This document shows positions 20,475 through 30,389 of a stretch of DNA of 64,000 nt, piece by piece. The DNA is taken from NCBI GenBank assembly GCA_947625755.1, contig CANQPJ010000005.1:15832-79831 (forward strand). The letters are read 5' to 3'. The first letter of the stretch is position 1. Every line of letters begins with the position of its first letter. The stretch comes from an uncultured Lachnospiraceae bacterium. Lineage in GTDB: Bacteria > Bacillota > Clostridia > Lachnospirales > Lachnospiraceae. The notes under the pieces were generated by a model. The model did no database searches. It was given only the letters and a program-made list of their open reading frames with translations, and was not told the DNA's origin. The translations under genes were made by a program, and so were the position numbers.

Positions 20475-20590
20475 GAAAAGCCTCTCTGCCGAAACAGAGA
20501 GGCATAAATCGTCATAAAAAAACGTTTACAACTTCATTCCTCGGCAGGCACTTGCGTTTACTCCTTTCGGAACCTGCTGTCTTCGGCATT
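20475..20590 (-). promoter_or_regulatory. L10 leader (ribosomal protein autoregulatory RNA)
   Basis: Minus strand GCCGAAGACAGCAGG...CCUGCCGAGG followed by a terminator-like hairpin (GCCUCUCUG..CAGAGAGGC-UUUU) upstream of rplJ. Confidence 0.75.
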
Positions 20591-20611
20591 TGGTTAGAAA
20601 CCACTTTGTGC

Positions 20612-20640
20612 ATAATAGCATAAGAATATTAATTTGTCAA
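20612..20640 (-). promoter_or_regulatory. SigmaA promoter of rplJL
   Basis: TTGACA-17 nt-TATTAT with TGn extension. Confidence 0.7.
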
Positions 20641-20645
20641 ATCAT

Positions 20646-21344
20646 TTATGCATTTACAAGTTTTGTCACATTAACTTTTACTCCAGGACCCATCGTAGAA
20701 GTCAGAGTAATTGTCTTTAAGTATACACCCTTCAAAGCTGCCGGTTTTGCCTTCAAAATTGCATCCATCAGCGCATTAAAGTTTTCTGTAAGCTGTTCTT
20801 CTGTAAATGAAGCCTTACCAACCGGAACGTGAACAATATTAGCCTTGTCAAGTCTGTACTCAATCTTACCTGCTTTAATGTCTTCAATAGCCTTTGTAAC
20901 GTCCATAGTTACTGTACCAGCTTTTGGGTTTGGCATTAAGCCCTTTGGTCCGAGTACACGACCCAGTCTACCAACAACACCCATCATGTCCGGTGTGGCA
21001 ACAACGACATCAAAGTCAAACCAGCCATCATTCTGAATCTTTGGTATTAATTCTTCGCCGCCAACATAATCAGCTCCTGCTGCTTCTGCTTCATCAGCTT
21101 TAGCGCCCTTTGCAAAAACCAAAACCTTAACCGTCTTACCGGTTCCGTTCGGTAATACTACAGCGCCACGTATCTGCTGGTCTGCGTGACGACCGTCACA
21201 ACCTGTTCTGATGTGACATTCTATTGTTTCATCAAATTTTGCAACTGCTGATTTCTTTACTAAAGAAATCGCCTCTTCTGTGTCATACTGAACAGCTCTG
21301 TCAATATTTTTAGCTGCATCTGTATATTTCTTTCCTCTCTTCAT
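20646..21344 (-). CDS. rplA: 50S ribosomal protein L1
   Basis: [39 protein letters not shown]. Confidence 0.98.
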   Translation of the reverse strand: MKRGKKYTDAAKNIDRAVQYDTEEAISLVKKSAVAKFDETIECHIRTGCDGRHADQQIRGAVVLPNGTGKTVKVLVFAKGAKADEAEAAGADYVGGEELIPKIQNDGWFDFDVVVATPDMMGVVGRLGRVLGPKGLMPNPKAGTVTMDVTKAIEDIKAGKIEYRLDKANIVHVPVGKASFTEEQLTENFNALMDAILKAKPAALKGVYLKTITLTSTMGPGVKVNVTKLVNA

Positions 21345-21355
21345 TTAAACCTCCT

Positions 21356-21383
21356 CGTGGTAATAACGGATATACCTCCCACG
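21356..21383 (-). promoter_or_regulatory. L1-binding site upstream of rplA
   Basis: Minus strand CGUGGGAGG...UUACCACG directly before the SD; same motif as before rplK. Confidence 0.6.
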
Positions 21384-21413
21384 TTTTTCAATTCTTATTT
21401 CGATAATCATCGA

Positions 21414-21839
21414 TTAGTCTTCAACTTTGATTCCCATGCTTCTTGCTGTACCTGCAATCATACTCATTGCTGACTCAATGCTCGCTGCATTCAAATCTTT
21501 CATCTTTGTTTCAGCAATCTGCTGTAAATCTGCTTTTGAAATTGTCGCAACTGTTTCTTTTAATGAATTGCCTGCACCCTTTTGAATCTTGCAAGCCTTC
21601 TTTAATAGAACTGCTGCCGGTGGAGTCTTTGTTATAAAACTAAAACTCTTATCCTGATAAACAGTGATTACAACTGGAATAATCATTCCCGGCTGATCTG
21701 CTGTTCTTGCGTTGAAGTCCTTTGTGAACTGAACGATGTTTAATCCCCATTGTCCAAGCGCTGGACCAACTGGTGGAGCTGGCGTTGCTTTTCCAGCTTC
21801 AATTTGCAATTTAATGTATCCTTCTACTTTTTTAGCCAT
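21414..21839 (-). CDS. rplK: 50S ribosomal protein L11
   Basis: [39 protein letters not shown]. Confidence 0.98.
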   Translation of the reverse strand: MAKKVEGYIKLQIEAGKATPAPPVGPALGQWGLNIVQFTKDFNARTADQPGMIIPVVITVYQDKSFSFITKTPPAAVLLKKACKIQKGAGNSLKETVATISKADLQQIAETKMKDLNAASIESAMSMIAGTARSMGIKVED

Positions 21840-21860
21840 ATCAGGCACCTCCTAAAAATT

Positions 21861-21886
21861 GTGGTATTATCGGGAACCCCTCCCAC
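21861..21886 (-). promoter_or_regulatory. L1-binding site upstream of rplK
   Basis: Minus strand GUGGGAGG...AUACCAC before the SD. Confidence 0.6.
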
Positions 21887-21962
21887 TGTTTTGTACCTAT
21901 TACAAAACATTCTCTATCAATGCTTTTCTAATGATAAGCATTTTCATAAAACCTCAACGGTC

Positions 21963-22484
21963 TTATCGCAATTTTTTTACTTCGGCAAAGTTCAACTCTA
22001 CCGGAGTTTCTCTTCCAAACATATCCACGTTAATTGTGACCGTCTGTCTAGCGTCATCAATACGTTTTACCTCACCGGCTGTACCAGCCCATACGCCCGA
22101 GACAACATTAACCATCTCTCCTTCTTTAAAATCAACACTGATTTTTTCATTGGTCTTAACGCCCAATGTCATCATTTCTTCTGCTGTTAAAGGAACTGGT
22201 TTTGATCCCGGACCTACAAATCCTGTAACACCTCTGGTATTTCTCACCACATACCATGTGTCGTCATTCATAACCATGTTGATAAGCACATATCCGGGAA
22301 AAAGTTTTTTTTCAGAAACTTTTTTTACACCATTTTTTAATTCTACCACTTCCTGTGTGGGAACTGATACTTCTAAAATCTGGTCATGCAGTTTTCTGTT
22401 TTCAATCGACTGCTCTATATTTGTTTTCACTTTATTTTCATAGCCTGAATACGTATGCACAACATACCAATTTGCTTCTGACAT
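21963..22484 (-). CDS. nusG: Transcription termination/antitermination factor NusG
   Basis: WYVVHTYSGYENKVK, FPGYVL, VRNTRGVTGFVG, C-terminal KOW and MFGRETPVEL. Confidence 0.98.
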   Translation of the reverse strand: MSEANWYVVHTYSGYENKVKTNIEQSIENRKLHDQILEVSVPTQEVVELKNGVKKVSEKKLFPGYVLINMVMNDDTWYVVRNTRGVTGFVGPGSKPVPLTAEEMMTLGVKTNEKISVDFKEGEMVNVVSGVWAGTAGEVKRIDDARQTVTINVDMFGRETPVELNFAEVKKLR

Positions 22485-22510
22485 ATCATCACCTCTTATT
22501 ATTATTCTTA

Positions 22511-22711
22511 TTATTTAATAATGTTATTTAAACCAAACTGTATAACTTGGTCAATCAATCCAATAAGAATTCCCATAATAACAGTGACAATTACAACAAT
22601 AACAGTCTGTCTGATGATTGATGCTTTTGTAGGCCAGATAATTTTTGAAAATTCAGCTTTTAAGCCTGTCCACCAGTTTTTCAAGCCACCTTTTTTCTTT
22701 GCTTCTGCCAT
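22511..22711 (-). CDS. secE: Preprotein translocase subunit SecE
   Basis: EFSKIIWPT motif plus a single TM; between rpmG and nusG; start ATG 22711 after SD GGAGG. Confidence 0.92.
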   Translation of the reverse strand: MAEAKKKGGLKNWWTGLKAEFSKIIWPTKASIIRQTVIVVIVTVIMGILIGLIDQVIQFGLNNIIK

Positions 22712-22730
22712 AATTCTACCTCCATATAGA

Positions 22731-22880
22731 CTATTTTGTTTCTTTGTGCATTGTATGTTTTTTGCAGAACTTACAATACTTTTTTGTCTCAACTCTGTCC
22801 GGATGAGTCTTCTTATCCTTGGTTGTATTGTAATTTCTCTGCTTGCATTCTGTACATTCTAATGTGATTTTTGTTCTCAT
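22731..22880 (-). CDS. rpmG: 50S ribosomal protein L33, Zn-binding (C+) form; not in the ORF track
   Basis: Manual translation [56 protein letters not shown]. Confidence 0.96.
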   Translation of the reverse strand: MRTKITLECTECKQRNYNTTKDKKTHPDRVETKKYCKFCKKHTMHKETK

Positions 22881-22993
22881 GCGTTTCACCTCCGCTTTAT
22901 TCTCTCATAGGGCTTTTCTTCCATATAATATAACACATTATTCCTAAAAAAATAATGCAAAAAAAAAAAAGACCTCTCTTCTTACGCACTACT

Positions 22994-23022
22994 AATATAT
23001 CACACCCAAACTCACTCGTCAA
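22994..23022 (-). promoter_or_regulatory. SigmaA promoter of the rpmG-secE-nusG operon
   Basis: TTGACG-17 nt-TATATT with TGn extension. Confidence 0.65.
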
Positions 23023-23095
23023 CCAAATTTTAGGTGATAACACAAAGTTTGCATAAAATTTAATTAAAGTCTTTTTTCGGCAAAATCAGGAACAG

Positions 23096-23258
23096 CTACT
23101 GTAAACTTAACAATTTTTCTCTTAATTCCGGAATATCATCGCATATTATTTCCCACACAAGTATTAAATTTACACCTTCATAATCATGCACAATTCTGTT
23201 TCTTAATCCATAGACTTGTTTCCACGGAATATTTTTATATTATAATCTCATTTCTCAT
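23096..23258 (-). pseudogene. HepT/DUF86 HEPN ribonuclease toxin, internally deleted
   Basis: C-terminal frame YKNIPWKQVYGLRNRIVHDYEGVNLILVWEIICDDIPELREKLLSLQ* carries the R-X4-H motif RNRIVH; both candidate ATGs overlapping the MNT stop (23258, 23251) hit stops within 8 codons; about half of a normal DUF86 length is missing. Confidence 0.82.
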
Positions 23259-23550
23259 ATATCAATACTCCTGTTTTTTTTATTTCATTATCAATTAATG
23301 AATCTTTTTCGATATGAGTCCTGTCAAATAAGTCTATATCTTTTTTTATGGTTTTTCTAATATCTTCTAGCAGACCAATAAATTTTAATCCTTTTAAATT
23401 GCTTTCCACAAATATATCAATATCACTTCCAATATTTGCACTTCCCTTTCCATAAGAACCAAATACGACAGCTTTTTTGACATCATAACTTTCAAAAACA
23501 GGAGTTAAAATTGCCTTGATATATTCTATGTTATATATTTGATTTTCCAT
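23248..23550 (-). CDS. Minimal nucleotidyltransferase (MNT/MntA-type antitoxin)
   Basis: VFGSYGKG...SDIDI motif, 100 aa, overlaps a HEPN remnant. Confidence 0.88.
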   Translation of the reverse strand: MENQIYNIEYIKAILTPVFESYDVKKAVVFGSYGKGSANIGSDIDIFVESNLKGLKFIGLLEDIRKTIKKDIDLFDRTHIEKDSLIDNEIKKTGVLIYEK

Positions 23551-23665
23551 AATTGCTCCTTACTTTTATTTTTAACCGTTCCTCCATATTAATCCTATTT
23601 GTATTATACTTATGTATGCTCTAAATATCAATTATCGTTTGCCAATTCTTTTTTTGCCTCCTTGG

Positions 23666-24421
23666 TTAATAGAAAGCTCCTTGCTGTTTCTCTTCGAACT
23701 TTTTCGTATCTCTTCCTCCTGCCACACACATAAAATAAACTTTCTCTATTCCCGCCTTTTTCAGAACCTCTGCACAGGCATCTAAAGTGCTCCCTGTCGT
23801 ATAAATATCATCCACCAGCAAAACCGATGTTTTTCCCTTTATTCTTTTCCTATCAACAGCAATGGCATTTTGCAGATTGGTATATCTTTCTTCTTTATCC
23901 AATCCCTTCTGCGGCTTTGTATCTTTCATTCGTACCAGTGATTTACAATCTATTTCTATCCCTGTATATTCAGACAATGATTTTCCAAACTCCTCTGCCT
24001 GATTATATCCTCTTTTACGTTGTTTTTTATAATACATTGGAACCGGCAGTATGACATCCGCTTTCCACTCATTGAATAATTTTCGATATTTTACGGCACC
24101 TGTATACCCAAACAAATCGTTATAGCATCTCTTATTTCCGTATTTAAATTCATATAATGATTTTTTTATCTCATCTGTATATTCAAAAATACATACTCCC
24201 CTGTCAAATATGTGCTTTGTATTACTGCAATCCGTACAGAACAGTTTCTCGTCTGTTCCTAACTGCTTCCCACATTTCTGACATTTGGGTTCCTGCACTA
24301 TATTTACTTTTTCAATACATTCTTTACAGATCTTCTCTTTCGGCTTAATTACTTTTCCACATATGGGACATGTATTTGGGAAAAAAATTCTTTCCAATGC
24401 TTTTAATATATTTCTTTTCAA
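23666..24421 (-). CDS. comFC: ComF family protein (zinc ribbon plus phosphoribosyltransferase-like domain)
   Basis: CPICG..CKEC..CQKCG..CTDC, RGYNQA, LLVDDIYTTGST; TTG start overlapping the recD2 stop. Confidence 0.88.
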   Translation of the reverse strand: MKRNILKALERIFFPNTCPICGKVIKPKEKICKECIEKVNIVQEPKCQKCGKQLGTDEKLFCTDCSNTKHIFDRGVCIFEYTDEIKKSLYEFKYGNKRCYNDLFGYTGAVKYRKLFNEWKADVILPVPMYYKKQRKRGYNQAEEFGKSLSEYTGIEIDCKSLVRMKDTKPQKGLDKEERYTNLQNAIAVDRKRIKGKTSVLLVDDIYTTGSTLDACAEVLKKAGIEKVYFMCVAGGRDTKKFEEKQQGAFY

Positions 24422-26694
24422 CCTGTTTCATTACCCTCTTCATAATAATTTATCAACTGCCACTTCAATCCCGAATACCTTTTCTGTTGGTCTTCATTGG
24501 CAATCATTGATGCAAACATTTCTTTTCTTCCCACGATGCATACACATTTTTTTGCTCTGGTCACACCGGTATAAAGCAGATTTCTTGTCATAAGCATAGG
24601 AACACCCGATACTAATGGCATAATCACAGCCGGATATTCACTCCCCTGGGACTTATGTATGGTAATTGCATATGCCAGTTCCAGCTCTTCTGCCTGTTTG
24701 GCATCATAAGTCACATATCGGTCGTCATCAAATACTACTTCCATATAATTTGTAGTGTTATTAATTGTTGTAATAATTCCCATATCCCCATTGAATATTC
24801 CTGTACCGCTGTCATAAATTCTACCATCGGTGCTTCTCTGCTCCCACTCCAGCTGATAATTGTTTTTTATCTGCATGACTTTGTCGCCTTCCCGAAATAC
24901 CGTTCCGGCAATTTCCCGTTCATTTTTAGTTTCATTTTCCGGATTCATATATTTCTGCAGTTGTTCATTGAGAGAATTCACCCCCAGAATTCCACCACGC
25001 ATTGGTGTCAACACCTGTATTTCTTTTTCATCGGCTTTCACATAGTCAGGAAGTTTTGATTTCAGCAATCCAATCGTAGCATTGAGCGCCATCTGGGCAT
25101 TTTCCCTTTCCACATACAGAAAATCTCCTTTGCTGTTATCAAGTGCTACCTGTTCGCCATTATTAATCTTGTGGGCATTCGTGACAATACCGCTCTCCCC
25201 TGCCTGCCGAAATACTTTGGTAAGCTTTACCACACTAAACTGCTTTGATTCAATGATATCTCTCAATACGTTTCCGGGACCTACGCTGGCAAGCTGATTT
25301 ACATCTCCCACAAAAACAATTCTGGTTCCAATCGTAACAGCCTTTAACAGTGCATGAACCAGAAATGTATCCACCATAGACATTTCATCTACAATAATCA
25401 CATCTGTTTCCAAAGGATTTTGCTCATTTCTTCCAAATCTTGCCTCCACCTCATCTCTTTCAACATTTTCTGATGAGCCGGATACCTCCAGCATTCTATG
25501 TATGGTTTTCGCCTCATGACCTGTCGCCTCGTTCATTCGTTTTGCGGCGCGGCCTGTAGGCGCAGCCAGACTGACATCCATGCCATCAGCCTCGAACATT
25601 TGAATAATCGCATTAATCGTGGTAGTTTTGCCCGTACCCGGTCCACCGGTAATAATCGAAACCCCATGATTCTGTGTTTCAACGACCGCCTTTCTCTGCA
25701 GCTCATCTAATTGTATGCCGGAAAGTTTTTCTATCGTATCCAATTTGACTCCCATAATATAGTCATCTTCCGGATTTGATATGTTAAGCTCTAGAAGCAT
25801 TCTTGCTATATTTAATTCTGTATAATAAAAGGTAGACAAAAAGACAGCTTCTTTTTTATCAATGGTCTTTAAAATTAGTTTCTTTTCCAAAATCAACTCT
25901 GTAAAACAGTGATCTAAAAGGTCCATATTGTATGTTCCGTCAGCATTTAAATACTGGTCTCTTAATCCCAGCAGATTAATGGTTGCCTCAACCAGCTTGT
26001 CCTTCGGTAGATATGTATGTCCTGAATTTGAAGCTTCAGACAATGCATAACACATGCCGCTTTTAATTCGAATGGAAGCATTAACCTCGATGCCGGCTCT
26101 TCTGGCAATCTCATCCGCTGTCTTAAAACCTATCCCTGACACATCATCTGCCAGCCGATATGGATTCGTCTTGATAATATCATATACTTTAGACCCATAC
26201 ATCGTATAAATCTTATTGCTCAATGTAGGACTGATTCCATATCCCTGAAGAAAAATCATAACATCCCGCATATCCTTTTTTTCTTCAATCTGTTCACAGA
26301 TACTCATAGCCTTCCTGATAGTAATTCCCCGTATTTCAGCCAGTCGTTCCGGTTCCTCCTCAACGATTCTTAAAGTATCCTCACCAAACTTGTCCACAAT
26401 CCTGTCAGCCAGAACTGCTCCCAGTCCTTTCACTGCGCCGGAACCCAGATACTTTCTGAGGGATAATTCATCAGTAGCGGGAACCACTTTATAAGACAAT
26501 ACCTTAATCTGTTCCCCATATACATCATGAAAAACCTCCTCCCCCTCTATTTCCAAATACTCTCCTTCTGCTATGTATCCAAAATTTCCGGTACACTTGA
26601 TTTCCTTTTTTCCATAAGAAAGAGTGAGAACAGTATAACCATTATCTTCATTTCTGTAAGTTATATTTTCGACATATCCATTGATTGATTTCAT
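24418..26694 (-). CDS. recD2: ATP-dependent RecD2-like DNA helicase
   Basis: ITGGPGTGKTT, IIVDEMSMVD, VGDVNQL, LAYAITIHKSQGSEY, NLLYTGVTRAK and N-terminal HhH region. Confidence 0.93.
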   Translation of the reverse strand: MKSINGYVENITYRNEDNGYTVLTLSYGKKEIKCTGNFGYIAEGEYLEIEGEEVFHDVYGEQIKVLSYKVVPATDELSLRKYLGSGAVKGLGAVLADRIVDKFGEDTLRIVEEEPERLAEIRGITIRKAMSICEQIEEKKDMRDVMIFLQGYGISPTLSNKIYTMYGSKVYDIIKTNPYRLADDVSGIGFKTADEIARRAGIEVNASIRIKSGMCYALSEASNSGHTYLPKDKLVEATINLLGLRDQYLNADGTYNMDLLDHCFTELILEKKLILKTIDKKEAVFLSTFYYTELNIARMLLELNISNPEDDYIMGVKLDTIEKLSGIQLDELQRKAVVETQNHGVSIITGGPGTGKTTTINAIIQMFEADGMDVSLAAPTGRAAKRMNEATGHEAKTIHRMLEVSGSSENVERDEVEARFGRNEQNPLETDVIIVDEMSMVDTFLVHALLKAVTIGTRIVFVGDVNQLASVGPGNVLRDIIESKQFSVVKLTKVFRQAGESGIVTNAHKINNGEQVALDNSKGDFLYVERENAQMALNATIGLLKSKLPDYVKADEKEIQVLTPMRGGILGVNSLNEQLQKYMNPENETKNEREIAGTVFREGDKVMQIKNNYQLEWEQRSTDGRIYDSGTGIFNGDMGIITTINNTTNYMEVVFDDDRYVTYDAKQAEELELAYAITIHKSQGSEYPAVIMPLVSGVPMLMTRNLLYTGVTRAKKCVCIVGRKEMFASMIANEDQQKRYSGLKWQLINYYEEGNETG

Positions 26695-26725
26695 TTTTTC
26701 TCCCGATACTTTACCATCAAAATAG

Positions 26726-26760
26726 TAAGGCTGTCCCTTAAAATTAGTTGGACAGCCTTA
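26726..26760 (-). terminator. Hairpin downstream of mreB
   Basis: taaggctgtcc-N13-ggacagcctta. Confidence 0.55.
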
Positions 26761-26801
26761 TGACATACCCTCGCAAACTTTTTTATAACATGCAAGGTAA
26801 T

Positions 26802-27803
26802 CTACTTTATTTTTTCTGTTTCATCTGCGTCAATGTATTCTAAATACTGACCTGTACCAATAGCAACAGCTGTCATTGGATCTTCCGCCGTCATTGTATT
26901 AATACCTGTCTTTGACTCTATCAACTCATCAAGTCCATGCAGCAGGCAACCGCCTCCCGTCAAAACAATTCCCCTGACAGCAATATCTGCCGCAAGTTCC
27001 GGAGGTGTCTGTTCCAACACTCTGTGAACTGCATCCACGATACTCGTAGTAACATCACTTAATGCTTCTTCTGTCTCTTCTGAAGTTACCTCAATCGTTT
27101 TTGGAAGACCTGTTACAAGATTACGTCCCCTGACTTCCATTTTCTGATTTTCAGACTTGTTATAGCATGTACCAATTCCGATTTTTATTTCTTCAGCTGT
27201 CCGGTCGCCTATCAGAAGATTATGTTTTTTTCTCATATATCTGACAATCGCCTCATCAAAATCATCACCTGCCACTTTGACAGATGTGCTGACAACTGTA
27301 CCTCCTAATGATATTACGGCTATATCTGTTGTTCCGCCTCCAATATCAACAATCATATTTCCACATGGTTTTTTTATTTCTATTCCTGCCCCAATAGCTG
27401 CCGCTAATGGCTCTTCCACGACAAAGACCTCTCTGGCGCCTGCCTGAAATGCCGCATCCTGTACAGCCTTTGTTTCTACTTCCGTAGCACCGCTGGGAAT
27501 ACACACACAAATACGCGGTTTTTTATATGAACGTTTTCCCACAGATTTCTGAATAAAATACCGTATCATCTGTTCCGTAACGGAATAATCCGAAATAACT
27601 CCCTGTTTTAATGGTCTGACAGCAACAATATTCCCGGGGGTACGACCAATCATCAATCTTGCTTCTTCTCCTACTGCCTTAATTTTTCCCGTATCTCTAT
27701 CAATCGCTACCACCGAAGGTTCTTTTAAAACAACACCCTTTCCTTTAATATAAACAAGTATGCTTGCTGTTCCTAAATCTATTCCAATATCTGTGTTAAA
27801 CAT
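26802..27803 (-). CDS. mreB: Rod-shape determining protein MreB (Mbl-like by synteny with spoIIID)
   Basis: DIGIDLGTAS, EPSVVA, IVDIGGGTTDIAVISLGG, GIVLTGGG. Confidence 0.95.
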   Translation of the reverse strand: MFNTDIGIDLGTASILVYIKGKGVVLKEPSVVAIDRDTGKIKAVGEEARLMIGRTPGNIVAVRPLKQGVISDYSVTEQMIRYFIQKSVGKRSYKKPRICVCIPSGATEVETKAVQDAAFQAGAREVFVVEEPLAAAIGAGIEIKKPCGNMIVDIGGGTTDIAVISLGGTVVSTSVKVAGDDFDEAIVRYMRKKHNLLIGDRTAEEIKIGIGTCYNKSENQKMEVRGRNLVTGLPKTIEVTSEETEEALSDVTTSIVDAVHRVLEQTPPELAADIAVRGIVLTGGGCLLHGLDELIESKTGINTMTAEDPMTAVAIGTGQYLEYIDADETEKIK

Positions 27804-28168
27804 TTGTTACTCCTTTGGTCATTCTTTTTTTAATATAAAACTATCTATATTTTAGAATATCCACACTACAATAAAGTATAACAATTTTTTCTCATTATGT
27901 ATATGTTTTATTTTGATTTTTATCCCAAAATTTCCTTATTTTTTCTATCATTTTTTTATTATCATTTATTATTTTTTATCATTTTCGTCAAATTTCGATT
28001 TTTTTTACAATTATTTAATAGTTTGTTCACATTTATACATTATAAATTTATATGTACCACCTCGGTGGTGCACATAGTTTGTATACGTTATACCCTATAA
28101 TGGCGTATTTTAAGTTTTTCATACTCAACCTAGTGGGTGAGATTCCCACTAGGTCCCCCGCAAACAAC

Positions 28169-28202
28169 AGCCTTGAGCGATACATTCGCCCAAGGCTTTT
28201 TT
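28169..28202 (+). terminator. Intrinsic terminator oriented for a plus-strand transcript
   Basis: agccttgagcga-tacat-tcgcccaaggc followed by T6 on the plus strand; the minus strand lacks a U tract. Confidence 0.55.
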
Positions 28203-28214
28203 ATTCTCTGTATT

Positions 28215-28490
28215 TTACTGTTTGTGTTCATTTTCTTTCTCTTTTTCTTTTCTGTATTTTTCCCTTGTTGCCATTCCTCCCCTTATATGCCTCTCACTTT
28301 TGTTTTTATCCAGAACATTCCGGACCTTATATGACATAGAAGGATTAATTTGAAGCAACCGTTCTGATACATCTTTATGTACGGTACTTTTACTGATTCC
28401 AAACTTTTTGGCGCAATTTCTTACTGTCGCCTTATTATTAATTATGTATTCAGCGCTTTCCAGCACCCTCTCTTCAATATATGCCTTCAA
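28215..28490 (-). CDS. spoIIID: Stage III sporulation protein D (transcription regulator)
   Basis: YIEERVLESAEYII..ATVR..AKKFGISKSTVHKDVSERL..NKSERHIRGGMATREKY; TTG start after SD GAGG. Confidence 0.95.
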   Translation of the reverse strand: MKAYIEERVLESAEYIINNKATVRNCAKKFGISKSTVHKDVSERLLQINPSMSYKVRNVLDKNKSERHIRGGMATREKYRKEKEKENEHKQ

Positions 28491-28519
28491 AAAAACCTCT
28501 GCAAAAACACACTTTGTAC

Positions 28520-28549
28520 ATTTTATGCAGAGATTTTCATGTATATTCA
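28520..28549 (-). promoter_or_regulatory. Candidate SigE-type promoter of spoIIID
   Basis: TGAATAT...CATAAAAT on the minus strand, resembling the mother-cell SigE consensus; spoIIID is SigE-dependent in Bacillus. Confidence 0.45.
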
Positions 28550-28574
28550 ACCCATAATATATTATTTCATAAGA

Positions 28575-30389
28575 TTATGATTGCTCCAGCAGCCACTTTT
28601 TTTCATCTTCCGAAAGATAACCATTTAATTTTTCATAAACATGTTGTCTATATTTTTGAAGTAAATTTTTTTCGCTATCATTGAGCATTTCTTCAACAAT
28701 CAGTTCACTGTCATAGGGTACCAGGGTCAAAGTTTCAAACTGAAGAAAATCACCAAAATTGTTACTTATCTTTTTTTTACAGAGAAGCAGATTTTCAATC
28801 CGAATTCCAAACTCCTTCTCTAAATATACCCCCGGTTCATTGCTGGTAATCATGCCGGGCTGAAATGGAACATTCAGCGCCTGATTTTTTAATATTTTAT
28901 ATCGGATACCGTTTGGCGGTTCATGGACACTCAATAAATATCCTACCCCATGTCCTGTCCCATGATTATAATCCATTCCAATATCCCACAATGGTTTCCG
29001 TGCCAGATAATCAAGTGAAACACCACTACAACCGGATTTAAATACTGCTGCTGCAAGATTCAAATGACCTTTCAACACAGCCGTATACATTTCTTTCATT
29101 TTTTGCGTAACCGCTCCAAGACAAATAGTTCTGGTAATATCTGTTGTTCCTTCCATATAATGACCGCCGGAATCTATTAATATAATATTTTCTGCTTCCA
29201 CCGCATAATTACTCTCTTTAGTGGCGCTGTAATGAACGATAGCTCCATGGTCTTTGTATCCAACAATAGGTGAAAAACTGGGTCCGATATAGCTTTTTGC
29301 CATACTCCGAAAATCTTCCAGTTTTTGTCCGAGCATAATCTCATCCATAGGAATTTTTCCTACATTCGTTTTCAGCCAATAAATAAACTTTGTCATTGCA
29401 ATGCCGTCCAGCAAATGTGCCTTTTTCATATTTTTAATTTCTGTATCATTTTTTATTGCCTTCATGGTAAGCGCCGGAGAAAAACAATTATAAATCTCGT
29501 TGCTCTTTTTCAACACATTCACGATTTTATAATTTGCAGAAGAAAAATCCACCCAGACTTTTTTATCTTTTATTTCATTTACAAACTTATATATTTCTTC
29601 ATAAGATTTTTCCTGAATGCCATTTTGTTTTAAATATGCTCTTACCTCACTCCCTATGACATTTTGCTGTACGAAAAGTATTGCCTGTTTTTCTTCAACA
29701 ACCAAATAGGATAAAAACACCGGTGTACACTCTATATCATTTCCCCTTAAATTCAAAGTCCAGGCAATATTTTCCAACTGTGTCTCAACTAGAACATCAC
29801 ACGATTGAGCCTCCATTCCTGTTCGAATGGAAGCAATTTTTTCCGAAACGGTTTTTCCGGCATAACAATCTTCCAATCTCCAAACCGGATTGCAGGATAT
29901 AGCAGGTCTGTTCTCCCATATTCTTCCCACCAAATCTATATCGCATATTACGTTTGCCTCTTGCAGCGGACAGATATTCTCCTGCATCTCTTTCGTAATA
30001 CATCTTCCGTCAAATCCAATGGTAATAACCCTTTTCTGATTTGATATATAGGTTAAAATATATTCTTTAACAGAGGGGGTATTTTTTTCTCCCTCCTTCA
30101 TTAGCGTATATTCTTCAGGTAACTGAATTTCTGCCTGCATGAAATATCTTCCATCCGTCCACAGACATGCTTCTTTATCTGTGATAACCACCGTTCCTGC
30201 AGAGCCTGTAAATCCACTAATATATTCTCTGGTCTTGAAATAATCACCTACATATTCAGAACCATGAAAATCACAAGTAGGCACAATATAAATATCTATG
30301 CCATGTCTCTTCATTTCTTTTCTTAACTTTTTAACCCTTTTACCGATTTCTATCTGTTCCATCGTATACCCTTTCACTCCATTTTTCAC
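28575..30389 (-). CDS. Aminopeptidase P family protein (M24)
   Basis: DSGGHYMEGTTDITRT, HGTGHGVG, SNEPGVY, GIRIEN metal-ligand motifs; ATGA overlap with the upstream gene (alternative start 30362). Confidence 0.92.
   Translation of the reverse strand: MKNGVKGYTMEQIEIGKRVKKLRKEMKRHGIDIYIVPTCDFHGSEYVGDYFKTREYISGFTGSAGTVVITDKEACLWTDGRYFMQAEIQLPEEYTLMKEGEKNTPSVKEYILTYISNQKRVITIGFDGRCITKEMQENICPLQEANVICDIDLVGRIWENRPAISCNPVWRLEDCYAGKTVSEKIASIRTGMEAQSCDVLVETQLENIAWTLNLRGNDIECTPVFLSYLVVEEKQAILFVQQNVIGSEVRAYLKQNGIQEKSYEEIYKFVNEIKDKKVWVDFSSANYKIVNVLKKSNEIYNCFSPALTMKAIKNDTEIKNMKKAHLLDGIAMTKFIYWLKTNVGKIPMDEIMLGQKLEDFRSMAKSYIGPSFSPIVGYKDHGAIVHYSATKESNYAVEAENIILIDSGGHYMEGTTDITRTICLGAVTQKMKEMYTAVLKGHLNLAAAVFKSGCSGVSLDYLARKPLWDIGMDYNHGTGHGVGYLLSVHEPPNGIRYKILKNQALNVPFQPGMITSNEPGVYLEKEFGIRIENLLLCKKKISNNFGDFLQFETLTLVPYDSELIVEEMLNDSEKNLLQKYRQHVYEKLNGYLSEDEKKWLLEQS

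Noticed and set aside
27850-28050. Very AT-rich tract upstream of mreB as a possible origin or repeat
   Set aside because: No DnaA boxes or regular periodicity that I can support; the short ORFs here are low-complexity artefacts.
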